The notes under the pieces: generated by a model | What the model was told of the DNA's origin: nothing | Database searches by the model: none | What the model saw: the letters and a program-made list of their open reading frames with translations, nothing else | Translations under genes and position numbers: made by a program | Origin: Eimeria praecox | Taxonomy: Eukaryota | DNA length: 64,000 bases | Reading direction: 5' to 3' | Assembly (NCBI GenBank): GCA_963920595.1 | Contig: OY986946.1 | Location: 5,952,001 to 6,016,000, forward strand | Part shown: piece after piece, positions 51,853-64,000 of the stretch | How positions within the stretch are numbered: position 1 is the first letter of the stretch | Layout: the number at the start of each line of letters is the position of its first letter

Positions 51853-52326
51853 TATAGAAATAATATAAATATAACTATAGATATATATATGGGTGTGTTT
51901 GTTGGTTTATATTAAATTTAAATTTATAAAGAAAGAAATTAATAAGAAAAGAAGAAGAGAAGAAGAAAATAATAAAAACAAGAAGAGACAAACAAATACA
52001 GAAAAGATACAATAATAAACGAGAAGAGACAGACAGCAGAATCATAATAAATTATTATTTATTATATAAATAATAATAATAATATAAATAATAATAATTT
52101 ATTTAGTAATTAATAATTAATAATTAGTAGAAGATAGAGAAGGAGACAGACAGCAGAGAAAGAATCGAATTAAAATAAAAAAACAAAAAACAAAATAAAC
52201 ACGAAACAAACAAAATAAAAAAACCTGTGGTTGTTTTATCTGCTGCTGCTGGTGCTGCTGCTGCAGCAGCAACAACAGCAGCAGCAGCAACAACAGCAGC
52301 AGCTGCAGCAGCAGCAGCAACAACAG

Positions 52327-52388
<62 letters not shown>

Positions 52389-52759
52389 TCATTTCTGCCT
52401 CAATTTCTTTTGTTTTTTCTCTATTTTATTTATTTTCTTTAACTCTTTAATTATATTATTTGTATATAATGTATTATTATTATTAATAATAATAATAATA
52501 AATAATGTTTTATTATTTATAAACAAAACAAATAAACAAAAAAACAAGAAAATATAATTTCTATTAATTCTGCTACTGTGTGTTTATTATATAGAAGAAA
52601 GACACTTGCCTACTTACTTATTTATTTTATTTATTTATTTATTTTATTTATTCTTTATTTATTTATTTAATTTAATCTAATTATTTGTTTATTTAATTTG
52701 TTTATTTGTCTGACTGTCTGCTTGCTGCTCTTTGTTTCTTGTTTGATTTGTTTGGCTCA

Positions 52760-52798
<39 letters not shown>

Positions 52799-52883
52799 AT
52801 CTATCTATCTACCTATCTGTCTATCTACCTATCTATCTATCAAGCTATATCTATATATCTATATCTATATCTATTTATCTATC

Positions 52884-52955
<72 letters not shown>

Positions 52956-53092
52956 TTAAATAAATATATATATAACCAAGTAAATAAATAAATATGTATA
53001 TTATATTAATTTATAGAGTTAATAATACAAGAGAAACGTACAACAGCAAAACCATGAAAATAACAAAACAACACCAAACGTATACAAAGCAC

Positions 53093-53126
<34 letters not shown>

Positions 53127-53606
53127 GCAGCAGCAGTCGCTGCTGCAGTTGCAGCTGCAGTTGCTGCTGCAGTTGCTGTTGCTGCCGCAGTTGCTGCTCT
53201 TGCTGCAGGTGTTGCTGGAGCTGCAGCTACTGCTGCAGTTGCTGCTGCTGCAGCAGCTGCTGCTGCAGCTGCTGCTATTGCTGCTGCTGCTGCTGCTGCT
53301 ATTGCTGCTGCTGCTGCTGCTGCTGCTATTGCTGCTGCTGCTGCTGCTGCTGCTATTGCTGCTGCTGCTGCTGCTGCTGCTATTGCTGCTGCTGCTGCTG
53401 TTGCTGAGGAGAGTGAGGAGAAGGATGAAAGGCATCATCTTGTTTTGTTTTTTGTTTTGTTTTTGTTTGCTATTTGTTATTTGTAATTTATTATTTATTA
53501 TTTATTATTATTATTAATTAATTAATTAATTAATTTATTAATTTATTTATTTATTTATTTAATTTATTTATTATTTATTATTTGTTAAGACGAGAGAATC
53601 TCTTCT

Positions 53607-54563
53607 TTACTTCCAAAGTTTGCGAAGGGACATATTCCTCTCTGCTTCTTTCTTCATTACCTTCATAATAAAAACAAAAATAAATAAATAAATATATAAA
53701 TTAATAATTAAATTAATAATTAAATACGTTAAATAATTAAATATATTAAATAATTAAATAAATTAAATAAATAAATACAAATATAAAATATAAATATAGA
53801 TATACACGTAAATATAAATATAAATATAAATATAAATATAAATATAAATATAAATATAAATATAAATATAAATATAAATATAAATATAAATATAAATATA
53901 AACATTATATATATATATATATATATAAACATAATATATAAATATAAATATAATATATAAATATAATATATAAATATAAATATATGTGTATGTATAATAT
54001 ATAGAGACAAATACGAAAATAAGCAAGCAAAGAGAGACGGACAGAGAGGGAGAGAGACAGAGACAGAGGGAGACACAGAGACAGAGAGAGAGACAGAGAA
54101 AGAGAGACAGAGAGAGACAGACAAGAAAAGAAGATAGAAGAAAAACAAGAGACAGAGAAACAGGGATAGGAGACAGCTAGTTAAGAGACAGTTAATTAAT
54201 TAGGAGACAGATAATTAATTAATTAGGAGACAGGTAATTAATTAATTAGGAGACAGGTAATTAATTAATTAGGAGACAGATAATTAATTAATTAGGAGAC
54301 AGATAATTAATTAATTAGGAGACAGATAATTAATTAATTAGGAGACAGATAATTAATTGCTATTTAGTTAATTACCTTCGCTACTGCCATTTCAAAATCT
54401 TCTTGAGTAACATGCATTCGTCTTTCTCTTAATGCAAACATTCCTGCTTCTGTACATACAGCCTGGTAACAAAATAAATAAATAGTAAAATAGAGTAAAT
54501 AAATAATAAACAATATAGTCAATATATTAAATACATAATACAATATATTAAATATGTGTTTAT

Positions 54564-54633
<70 letters not shown>

Positions 54634-55662
54634 AAACATAAAATTAAAACAGAGTGTAAGAAAATAATATAGAGAGGATATAAGAGAGTGATAGAAGAAC
54701 CAGTTATTAAATTAAATAAATAAATAAATAAATAAACACATATATAAATAAAATAAAATAAAATAAAATAAAATAAAATAAAATAAAATAAAATAAATAA
54801 ATAAAACTAAAAAAGAAGATAGAAAAAATAAAACAAAGACAAAGAAAACAAAATAAGAACAAAAATCTAAGAAAATAAAAACACAAGAAAATAAATAAAA
54901 TAAATAAAAAGATAATAACAAACATCGTGAAACAGGCAGAAATGATGCTGCTGCTGTTGCTGCTGTTGCTGCTGCTGCTGTTGCTGCTGTTGCTGCTGCT
55001 GCTGCTGCAGCAGCAGCTGCAGCAGCAGCTGCAGCAGCAGATAAAACAACCGCAGGTTTTATTATTTTGTTATAAAAGGAGTTCTAAGGATAGAAGAAAA
55101 GAAAAAAGAAAGAAAAAACAGAGTAAAAACAACAAACAACTTTAAAAATAAATAAAATAATAAATAAATAAAATAATAAATAAAAAAATAATAAATAAAA
55201 TAAATAAAATAAATAAAATAAATACAAGACGAAGCCATCAACAAAATAAAAATAAAAATAAATAGAAGATATTTAACTTAATAAACAAAAATATATAAAA
55301 TGATTCGCCCCACAGATAACAACAAACAAGATCTAGCCTTCAAAAACCCTAAACCCTAAACCCTAAACCCTAAACCCTAAACCCTAAACCCTAAACCGTA
55401 TACATTCTATTTTTTTGTTGGTTTTTGAAGAAAATAAATAAAACTTAAGGATATGCTAAACAGCAGCCGTATTAAGGTAAACACTGTGCATGCAAACTAG
55501 GGTTTAGGGTTTAGGGTTTAGGGTTTGTTGAGGTGTCTGTACAGCTAACCTTCGCCTCAGCCCCCGATGCTCCGTTTGTCTCTTGTGCGATTTTCTTGAA
55601 ATCAATTCCTCTCACCAAATTCATCTTACGACTATGAATCTTTAGAATCTCTGTACGAGCCT

Positions 55663-55717
<55 letters not shown>

Positions 55718-57099
55718 GAGCAGCAGCAACAGCAACAATAGCAGTAGGAGAAGAATTAAACAAATAAACAAAAAAAGAAAAAAAGAAACGAAAAAAAATA
55801 AATAAACAAACAAGAAATACAAAATACAAATATAGAAAATAAACAAATTAAAACAAATTAAAATAAATTAAAATAAATTAAAATAAATTAAAATAAATAA
55901 AACAAATAAAAATAAATAAAAACAAATAAAAATAAATAAAAACAAATAAAACAAACAAACATCTATAATTATATAAATGTAAACAAATAAGCAAAAGAAA
56001 ACAAACAAACAAAATATAAAAACAAACGAAACAAAGACTATAGAGAAGAGAAAGGAGACAGTAGAAAGGAGACAGATATAAATAAAGGAGACAGATAGAT
56101 AGATAAAGGAGACAGATAAATAAATAAAGGAGACAGATAGATAGATAAAGGAGACAGATAAATAAATAAAGGAGACAGATAGATAGATAAAGGAGACAGA
56201 TAGATAAATAAAGGAGACAGATAGATAGATAAAGGAGACAGATAGATAAATAAAGGAGACAGATAGATAAATAAAGGAGACAGATAGATAGATAAAGGAG
56301 ACAGATAGATAAATAAAGGAGACAGATATAAATAAAGGAGACAGATAGATAGATAAAGGAGACAGATAGATAAATAAAGGAGACAGATAGATAGATAAAG
56401 GAGACAGATAGATAGATAAAGGAGACAGATAGATAGATAAAGGAGACAGATAGATAAATAAAGGAGACAGATAGATAGATAAAGGAGACAGATAGATAAA
56501 TAAAGGAGACAGATAGATAGATAAAGGAGACAGATAGATAAATAAAGGAGACAGATAGATAGATAAAGGAGACAGATAGATAAATAAAGGAGACAGATAG
56601 ATAGATAAAGGAGACAGATAGATAGATAAAGGAGACAGATAGATAGATAAAGGAGACAGATAGATAAATAAAGGAGACAGATAGATAGATAAAGGAGACA
56701 GATAGATAGATAAAGGAGACAGATAGATAGATAAAGGAGACAGATAGATAAATAAAGGAGACAGATAGACAGATAAAGGAGACAGATAAATAAATAAAGG
56801 AGACAGATAAATAAATAAAGGAGACAGATAAATAAATAAAGGAGACAGATAAATAAAAGAGACAGACAGATAAATAAAGGAGACAGATAAATAAATAAAA
56901 AGGAGACAGATAAATAAATAAAGGAGACAGATAAATAGATAAAACAGATAGATAAATAAAGGAGACAGATAAATAAAGGAGACAGTCTGCTCCCTACTTC
57001 AAGATTTGGTTGCGGGAATTCGATTTTTCTGTCAATTCTTCCTGGCCTCAGCAGAGCTTCGTCTAATATATCTATCCTGTTCGTGCACATTATCACCTG

Positions 57100-57132
<33 letters not shown>

Positions 57133-57397
57133 GAGCAGCAGCAAGAGTAGAAGCAGCAAGTACAGCAGCAGCAAGAGCAACAGCAAGGAAGAGCAGCAGC
57201 AGCAACAGCAGAAACAACAACATGCGTCGTGTATAAGTGTTTGTAGATAGTAGTAAAATTTACTTGTATTAAACTACCTTCAACCTTCTCTATTTGTTTG
57301 TCTCTTCATCTTCCCTGTCTCTCTGTCTCTTTCCTCTGTCTCTCTTCTCTGTCTCTGTGTGTCTGTCTGTGTTTGCCTATATCTCTCCATCACTCTC

Positions 57398-57442
<45 letters not shown>

Positions 57443-57638
57443 TACGACATGCTCTTACTTGTTGTATACACTCCAACAACAATTTATATTCCTAGTATAA
57501 TGAATCTTATTATTATTAAATATTTATTATAATAAATATTTAATCTAATTAATCTAATTATATTAATTCTTAATAAACCTCCTCCAATATATTTAGTACT
57601 TTCAAATCTATCTAATCCTAATCCTAAAACCCTGATAA

Positions 57639-57681
<43 letters not shown>

Positions 57682-57759
57682 ATAACTATCTATTTAATTA
57701 GTATAATTTTCTTATTTTACGATCTAAACACCACTAAACTACTTCTAAATAAACAGTTC

Positions 57760-57795
<36 letters not shown>

Positions 57796-58169
57796 TAAAA
57801 ACAACAATAATAAAATAAAAATAATAATAAAGAAACTATCATACTTTAATATTTTTTGTGCTTTCGAATCCATCTAATTGATTGAGTAACTCCATCATAG
57901 TTCTTTGTACTTCTGAGTCCCCATGCTCTCCTTCTGTCCTTTGCGATCCGATCGAATCGATCTCGTCCATAAATATAATTGAGGGAGCATGATGTCGAGC
58001 CATAACAAACAACTCTCGGACCATTCTACTCCCTTCCCCAATATATTTCTGTACTAACTCGCCCCCAGAAACGCGAATAAACGTACACTCCGTGTGATGT
58101 GCCACAGCACGAGCTAACAATGTCTTACCTGTACCTGGGGGACCGTACAGTAAGACACCCTACAAACAT

Positions 58170-58233
<64 letters not shown>

Positions 58234-58256
58234 GTGTGTGTGTGTGTGTGTAGTAA

Positions 58257-58303
<47 letters not shown>

Positions 58304-61300
58304 ATATATGTATATATATGTATGCATGTATGTATTTATATAATATAAAGAGGGAGATAGAGACAGAGGCTTATTAATACATATTACAATAAAGAAACAA
58401 AGTATATACAATAATATATTTTTAAAACAATAAAAATATAAAAAACAGATACACACACGGAGACACCGTAGAAAAGAAAACAAACAGAAAATAAAGGAGA
58501 GACAGCGAGAGACAGGGAGACAGAGGAACAGAAAGAGAGAAAGACAGAGAGACAGGAAGACAGAGAGACGAAGAGACAGAGGCAGCCCTCCCCCCACGAC
58601 CCGCGTAGCTTAGATAAAAATAATTTAGAAGAATAGAAAAGAGAAGTAGAAAGAAAACAGAAAAAGAAATACAGACGAAGACAAAGAGACAGAAGAACAC
58701 AAGAAGGAGACAGTAAACAAAAGAGACAGAAGGAGACAAGAAAGAGACAGAAGAAGATAAACGAAAGAGACAGAAGATTAACGAAAGAGACAGAAGAAGA
58801 TAAACGAAAGAGACAGAAGAAAAGAAAGAGACAGAAGAAGATAAACAAAGGAGACAGAAGAAGATAAACGAAAGAGACAGTAAACAAGAGAGACAGGAGG
58901 AGACAAGAGACAGACAGGCGAAGATAAACAGAGGAGACAGAATAATATAAAAGAAAGACACAGTAAACAAAGGAGACAGAATAATATAAACGAAGGAGAC
59001 AGAAAACAAAGTAGAGATAAGAATATAAACGAAGGAGACAGTAAACAAAGGAGACAGAATAATATAAACAAAGATAGATATAAGAATATAAACGCATTCG
59101 ACATTAAACAAAGTATATAATAATATATAATATAATATAATATAATATAATACAATATAATATAATATAATATAATATAATATAATATAATATAATATAA
59201 TATAATATAATATAATATAATATAATATAATATAATATAATATAATATAATATAATATAATATAATATGATATAATATAATATAATATAATACAATATAA
59301 TATATAATACTATATAATCCTATAAAATCTATCTTACCTTGGGTTGTGATATTCCTAGCGATTCAAATAGCTCGGGGTGTTTGATCGGTAATTCTATAAC
59401 TTCTTTAACTTCTTTAATTTGTTGTTCTAAGCCCCCAACCATTTCATATGTGCTATCAGGGACCTTCTCTACTTTCATGAGAGATACAAGGGGATCCACC
59501 TTCGAAGGGAGAATAGAATGAAGCCGATAGGAATCATTTAATAATGCGACTCGAGTGTTGGGTGTACATCGCGTTATATCCACTGTCTTCGCCACATCAA
59601 CTACGTATTTACCCTCAGGTGTTACCTGAGGTTTAACATAGTTAGTTTAATACATAAAAATAAACAAATAAACAAACTAATTAAGTAATTAATTAATTTA
59701 GAAAAAAATACAAAAAAAGAAAGAAATGAAGAAAAACAAACAAGAAAAAGAAAAGAAAGAAAGACAAATAAAAATAATTAATAATAAATAAACATAAATA
59801 AACATAAAAAATGAATAAAAATGAATAAAAATAAATAAAAATTAATAAAAATAAATAAAAATGAATAGATATAAATAAAAATAAATAAAAATAAAAAAAG
59901 AGAGAAGAACAGAGTTGTCTTCTCCTCTATTCTGCATAAGTATCTCCTTTTTGTTATTCTGTCTCTGTTGTTTTTGTTTTTCTGTCTCTCTTGTATTTCT
60001 GTCTCCTCTGTCTTTGTTGCTGTTAGGCTCTGTCTATGCCTCTCTCTCTCTGTCTCTTCTCTGTCTCCTCTCTGTTTCTTCTCTCTCTCTGTCTCTTCTC
60101 TGTCTCTTTCGTTGTTTTTCTCTGTCTCTCTTTCTCTCTCTACTCTCTGTTTCTCTCTCTCTCTCTCTGTCTGTCTCCTCCTCTCTGTCTCCTCCTCTCT
60201 GATTATCTGTCTCTCTCCTCTTCCTCTCTAACTATTTGTCTGTCTCCTTCTTTCTACATGTCTCTATTTGTCTGTCTCTATCTATCTCTATCTGTCTCTG
60301 TCTCTATCTCTCTATCTCTCTATCTCTATATCTATCTACCTCTATCTATCTCTATCTGTCTCTGTCTCTATCTATCTCTCCCTGTCTCTATCTGTCTCTA
60401 TCTGTCTCCTTTAATAAATTCTTATAGATAAGACTTTGCTGCATGCAGCCTCTAAAAACAAACAAACAAACAGAAACAAACAACAGACAACAAACAAACA
60501 ACAACAACAAACAACAACAAACAAAACAAACAGAGATAAAGAAAGAAAGACACAGACATAAAAATACAAAGGGAGATAAGCAAAAGAAGAATAAATTTTC
60601 GAGACAGACAACGCAGACGGAGACAGAGCTAGAGAGAGAAAATAAAACAAAGAGACAGAATTAGATATAGACATAGACAGACATACAGAGAGAGACAGAG
60701 AGACAGACAGACAGAGACAGAAAAAAACAGAGCTAGAGAGAGAGACAGAGACAGGAGACAGAGAGACACAGAGGGAGACAGAGAGACACAGAGACAGACA
60801 GCGAGAGACAGAGACATAGAGAATCAACTCTCTCGATTCAAACAATCTATCTGTCTCCTCTACTTGCCTTAACAAGGACTTTGTCTCTTCCCATAACCTT
60901 TACGACTTCTCCTACATATGAGCCTGGCTCGAGCAGCAATTGTATTTCTTCTCTTAGCTCTCGCACTGTACGTACACCTCAACATACACACTTAAACTTT
61001 AATTTCTTACAAGAAGGATGTTTTGTTATTAATATACTAATAAAAATGTATTGTAATAATATAATTATATTATTATATTATGTTATTATATTATATATTA
61101 TATATTATATAGTAATACATTCATAAGATATAATAAATTTAGTTAAAAGATATACATAAACACAGACAAGCACACACAGACACTGAGGGTCTCATGCTGC
61201 TACGCTGGCTACTCTGTCTGTTCCTCTGCCTCAACAACTGTCTCTCTGTCTATCTCTGTCTCTTTCTCTGTCTCTTTCTCTTCCTCTGTCTCCTTCCCTT

Positions 61301-61483
61301 TCTCTCTCCCCCTCTCTCTCTGTCTCTTTCTCTGTCTCTCTGTCTCTTTCTCTGTCTCTTTCTCTGTTTCTCCCTCTCTTGGTTATAAAACAAAATTCGA
61401 TCATAACGACTCCAACTCAGTCGTATTCACAGCACAAACACCAGCAACAGCAGCAGCAACAGCAGCACCAGCACCAGCAGCAA

Positions 61484-61516
<33 letters not shown>

Positions 61517-61789
61517 GTTCCTCAGTAGAGCTTCATTATGATAACAAGTATATGTTTAACCTTTGGCGTTGAATTCATTTCTCTGGGCTTCTAGTCTCTG
61601 TTTATTTTGTGTCTTCTCCGCAATTGTACGTTCTAACTGTTCGATCTTCGATTCAAGATAACGTCTCAAACCCTCATCTTTGCTGCTGCAGCTGCCGCGC
61701 TGCTGCGGCGCCTCCCCAGCAGCACCAGCAGCAGCAGCAGGATCCTCTGCTGCAGCCCCCACCGGCTGCATAGCGACGTCGACGCTCAT
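53607..61789 (-). CDS. RPT6: 26S proteasome AAA-ATPase subunit RPT6 (PSMC5/regulatory subunit 8); exons 61789-61561, 60965-60868, 59625-59338, 58159-57845, 57096-56998, 55660-55550, 54462-54376, 53660-53607; 426 aa
   Basis: Walker A GPPGTGKT, Walker [12 protein letters not shown], and RPT6-typical [31 protein letters not shown] and the C-terminus MSLRKLWK*. All phases are consistent, with a GC donor in intron 2. Confidence 0.97.
54190..54357. repeat. 23-bp minisatellite (TAGGAGACAG[A/G]TAATTAATTAAT), about 7 copies, in RPT6 intron 7
   Basis: Units start at 54201, 54224, 54247 and onward. Confidence 0.9.
56063..56985. repeat. 21-bp minisatellite (ACAGATAGATA[G/A]ATAAAGGAG)n in RPT6 intron 5
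   Basis: Directly visible. It produces the spurious YLSICLL-repeat ORF. Confidence 0.9.
59135..59310. repeat. (TATAA)n pentamer array in RPT6 intron 3
   Basis: Directly visible. Confidence 0.9.
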
Positions 61790-62719
61790 TGCTGCTGGGA
61801 AGGGGGGAGGGGGGGGGAAGAAACAGAAGACTCTTGTCTGTGTAGGCTAAGGAAAAAAACTAAGAAAGGGCTGCGAACACGTGAGAGTCCTTCGGCTGCA
61901 ACGTGCATGCAGCCCCAAGCCTGCAGCAGAAGTGGAAAGACGCAGATAAATCAACACCGTAGTATTCGAGGTTGCTGTGTTGCTGCTGGGGTATCTGTGC
62001 ATGGAGAGGGCTAAAGATAAATGTGAGTGAAGATGAAGGCGACTGGAGTACAAAGTGTACAAGAAGCTGCATGTACACCCGAAAGCCAGGCAGCAGCTAA
62101 CACACAGAAAAGGATGGAGAGGCGATCCTACACAAAATAGGAACGCAATAAAAAGTGCAAAAAGAAAGGAGAAAAATGATGGTAGACACTCAAACACTAG
62201 GGGCTGCTGCTGAAGGCAACTCACCCCTGGTTATGTGCCTAGAGAGGCTCGGGGTTAATAGTGTTTGTTTTGTTTCTTTTGAGCTGAATAAGAGAAGAAA
62301 ATACTTCTCATAAACGTTTTAATCGAGTCTGAAGCTGCTCCCGTGCAAGGGGGAGCCCCAATACTTACAACTTGCATGTATTCAGAACAGCGGCTGCGTC
62401 AGCAGCCTGATGGCAGCAGAGGTGAGTGAGGGAGAGCAGCGTATAATGTTTGACTGCGAATCTCTTTATAGAAATAGAATAATAAAAAGAAAGAAGATTC
62501 CTTTACTCAAGACTTACCTATATTCATATTCAGAGGCCTCAATATCAGTTTGTTGGCTTCTGTTTCGTATGTCTTCGTGCTTCCTCTTACAGCTGTGTAT
62601 AGGATCCGGAAGGAGCAGCGAGCTTGGTTGAGACATAATTCATGAACGAAATTAAATTTTTTTTGAATAAATAGAATTCATTTCTTCTTTTCTTTTCCTT
62701 TTTCAAGGAGATCAGCAGC

Positions 62720-63741
62720 ATGACGCAGCTCGCTTCGCATTTCGAGACTTTTCATAGCGGCCCCCTCCATGCCGTTTCCTTCGACTTGTATGGCACCAAA
62801 GTTGCAACAGCTAGCAGCGATCAGTCTATTCGTCTTTGGGATGTTTCAGCAGAATCTGGGGGAGCTCAATTTATTCAAGAACTACGCGGACATAACGGCC
62901 CTGTCTGGCAGGTATGAGAGGCGGCGGCTTTCTTCTATCGCGCGGTGTCTGTATGCTGCGGAAAGTTGAATACATGAACATGCAAGAGAAACTCAAGATA
63001 AATACTCTGTTCTTTGTCTACATATCATCTGCATATCTTGTCTTCTTCCTTTCTTAATGATGTCGACGCAGTCTTGGATCTGCCTGCCTCTTTATGAAGT
63101 TGTATGAGTGTGTTTTTGTTGTTTCCTCTGTGCATGTACCCTACGCCTCAACACATGTTTCTATGTTGTATACGTGCATGCATGTGCTTACATATTTGCC
63201 TGTCTGTGTGTCTGTTCGGCTTCATATATGCCTATTCTATATCTTTGTATACATACAAGAATATATTACGAAGGTAAGTGTATCTATCTTCTTATCTTGC
63301 TGCTAGCTAGTTTCGGGTATCTGCTACATTCAGGTTTGCTGGGCGCATCCCCGCTTCGGCCAGGTGTTAGGCTCCTGTGGCTACGATCGCCGCGTTGTTG
63401 TATGGGAGAGACAAGAGAGAGAACAAGGTTTTGCTGCGGTGTATTCAAACGATGAGCATGCAGCTTCTGTAAACACTATCGCATTTGCCCCTGAAAATGC
63501 AGGATTGATGTTAGCTGCAGGAAGCAGTGACGGATCTATATCTATCCTCACCCATACAGAGGGGGCCCCCCATCAGTGGACCCGTCAGGCCTTCTCTGCC
63601 CACTTCAATGGGGTACTGGCTCTCTCGTGGGCCCCCATGGGGGCCCTCTCAAACTCCTTAGAAGGAAAATCAAACAACTTGCTGCTAGCCTCTGGAGGAG
63701 CAGACAACAGAGTTCGCCTGTGGGAGTGCGACGCCAACAAG
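62720..63741 (+). CDS. SEC13: SEC13 (COPII/nuclear pore WD40 protein), 3'-partial; exons 62720-62911 and 63334-63741; continues beyond the window
   Basis: FDLYGTKVATASSDQSIRLWDV...LRGHNGPVWQ|VCWAHPRFGQVLGSCGYDRRVVVW...HAASVNTIAFAP...LAAGSSDGSISIL...LASGGADNRVRLW matches Sec13. The exon 2 end assumes a GC donor (AAG|gcaaga). Confidence 0.92.
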
Positions 63742-63965
63742 GCAAGACATCTTGAAGCATACACACACAAATATATCTATATATAGATGTATCTCTATAT
63801 CTATATAATATATATAGATGTATATATATATATATATATAGGTAGATATCTGTATATCTATATATCTCTATTTTTATTTATATATAGATATATCTGTATG
63901 TAGATATATCTGTATGTAGACATATCTGTATAATCTGTATCTGTATATCTATATCTATATATGTG

Positions 63966-64000
<35 letters not shown>

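Noticed and set aside
56038..56997. YLSICLL-repeat extension of an RPT6 exon
   Set aside because: It is a 21-bp intronic minisatellite. RPT6 homology resumes at exon 55660 after a GT donor at 56997.

Overview
Eukaryotic, extremely simple-repeat-rich DNA with the signature of an Eimeria-like coccidian apicomplexan: (CAG)n, interstitial (AAACCCT)n, TGCATGCA and GGGGCCCC repeats. I rebuilt the gene models by hand, joining exons at splice sites and checking that reading phases match. Minus strand: mitochondrial-type ribosomal protein uS8 (2 exons), an auxilin-like C-terminal J-domain protein with a possible DIX-like N-terminal domain (7-8 exons), an SF-assemblin-like coiled-coil protein (8 exons), a ~1914-aa RAP-domain protein (9 exons), thymidylate kinase (5 exons) and proteasome ATPase RPT6 (8 exons). 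Plus strand: a 246-aa single-exon orphan, an intronless formate-nitrite transporter, and the first two exons of SEC13. Most ORFs in the supplied track are microsatellite shadows. I saw no tRNA, rRNA, CRISPR or transposase. I cannot demonstrate a new biological system from sequence alone. The best leads are inverted telomeric-repeat pairs inside introns (one pair brackets a possible cassette exon), a TAGCTA/GCTAGC fold-back array, a dispersed GGTGT-N4-ACACC palindrome family, long perfect palindromes, an inverted duplicated CAG cassette around the RPT6 3' end, partial exon duplications, and an apparent excess of GC-AG introns.
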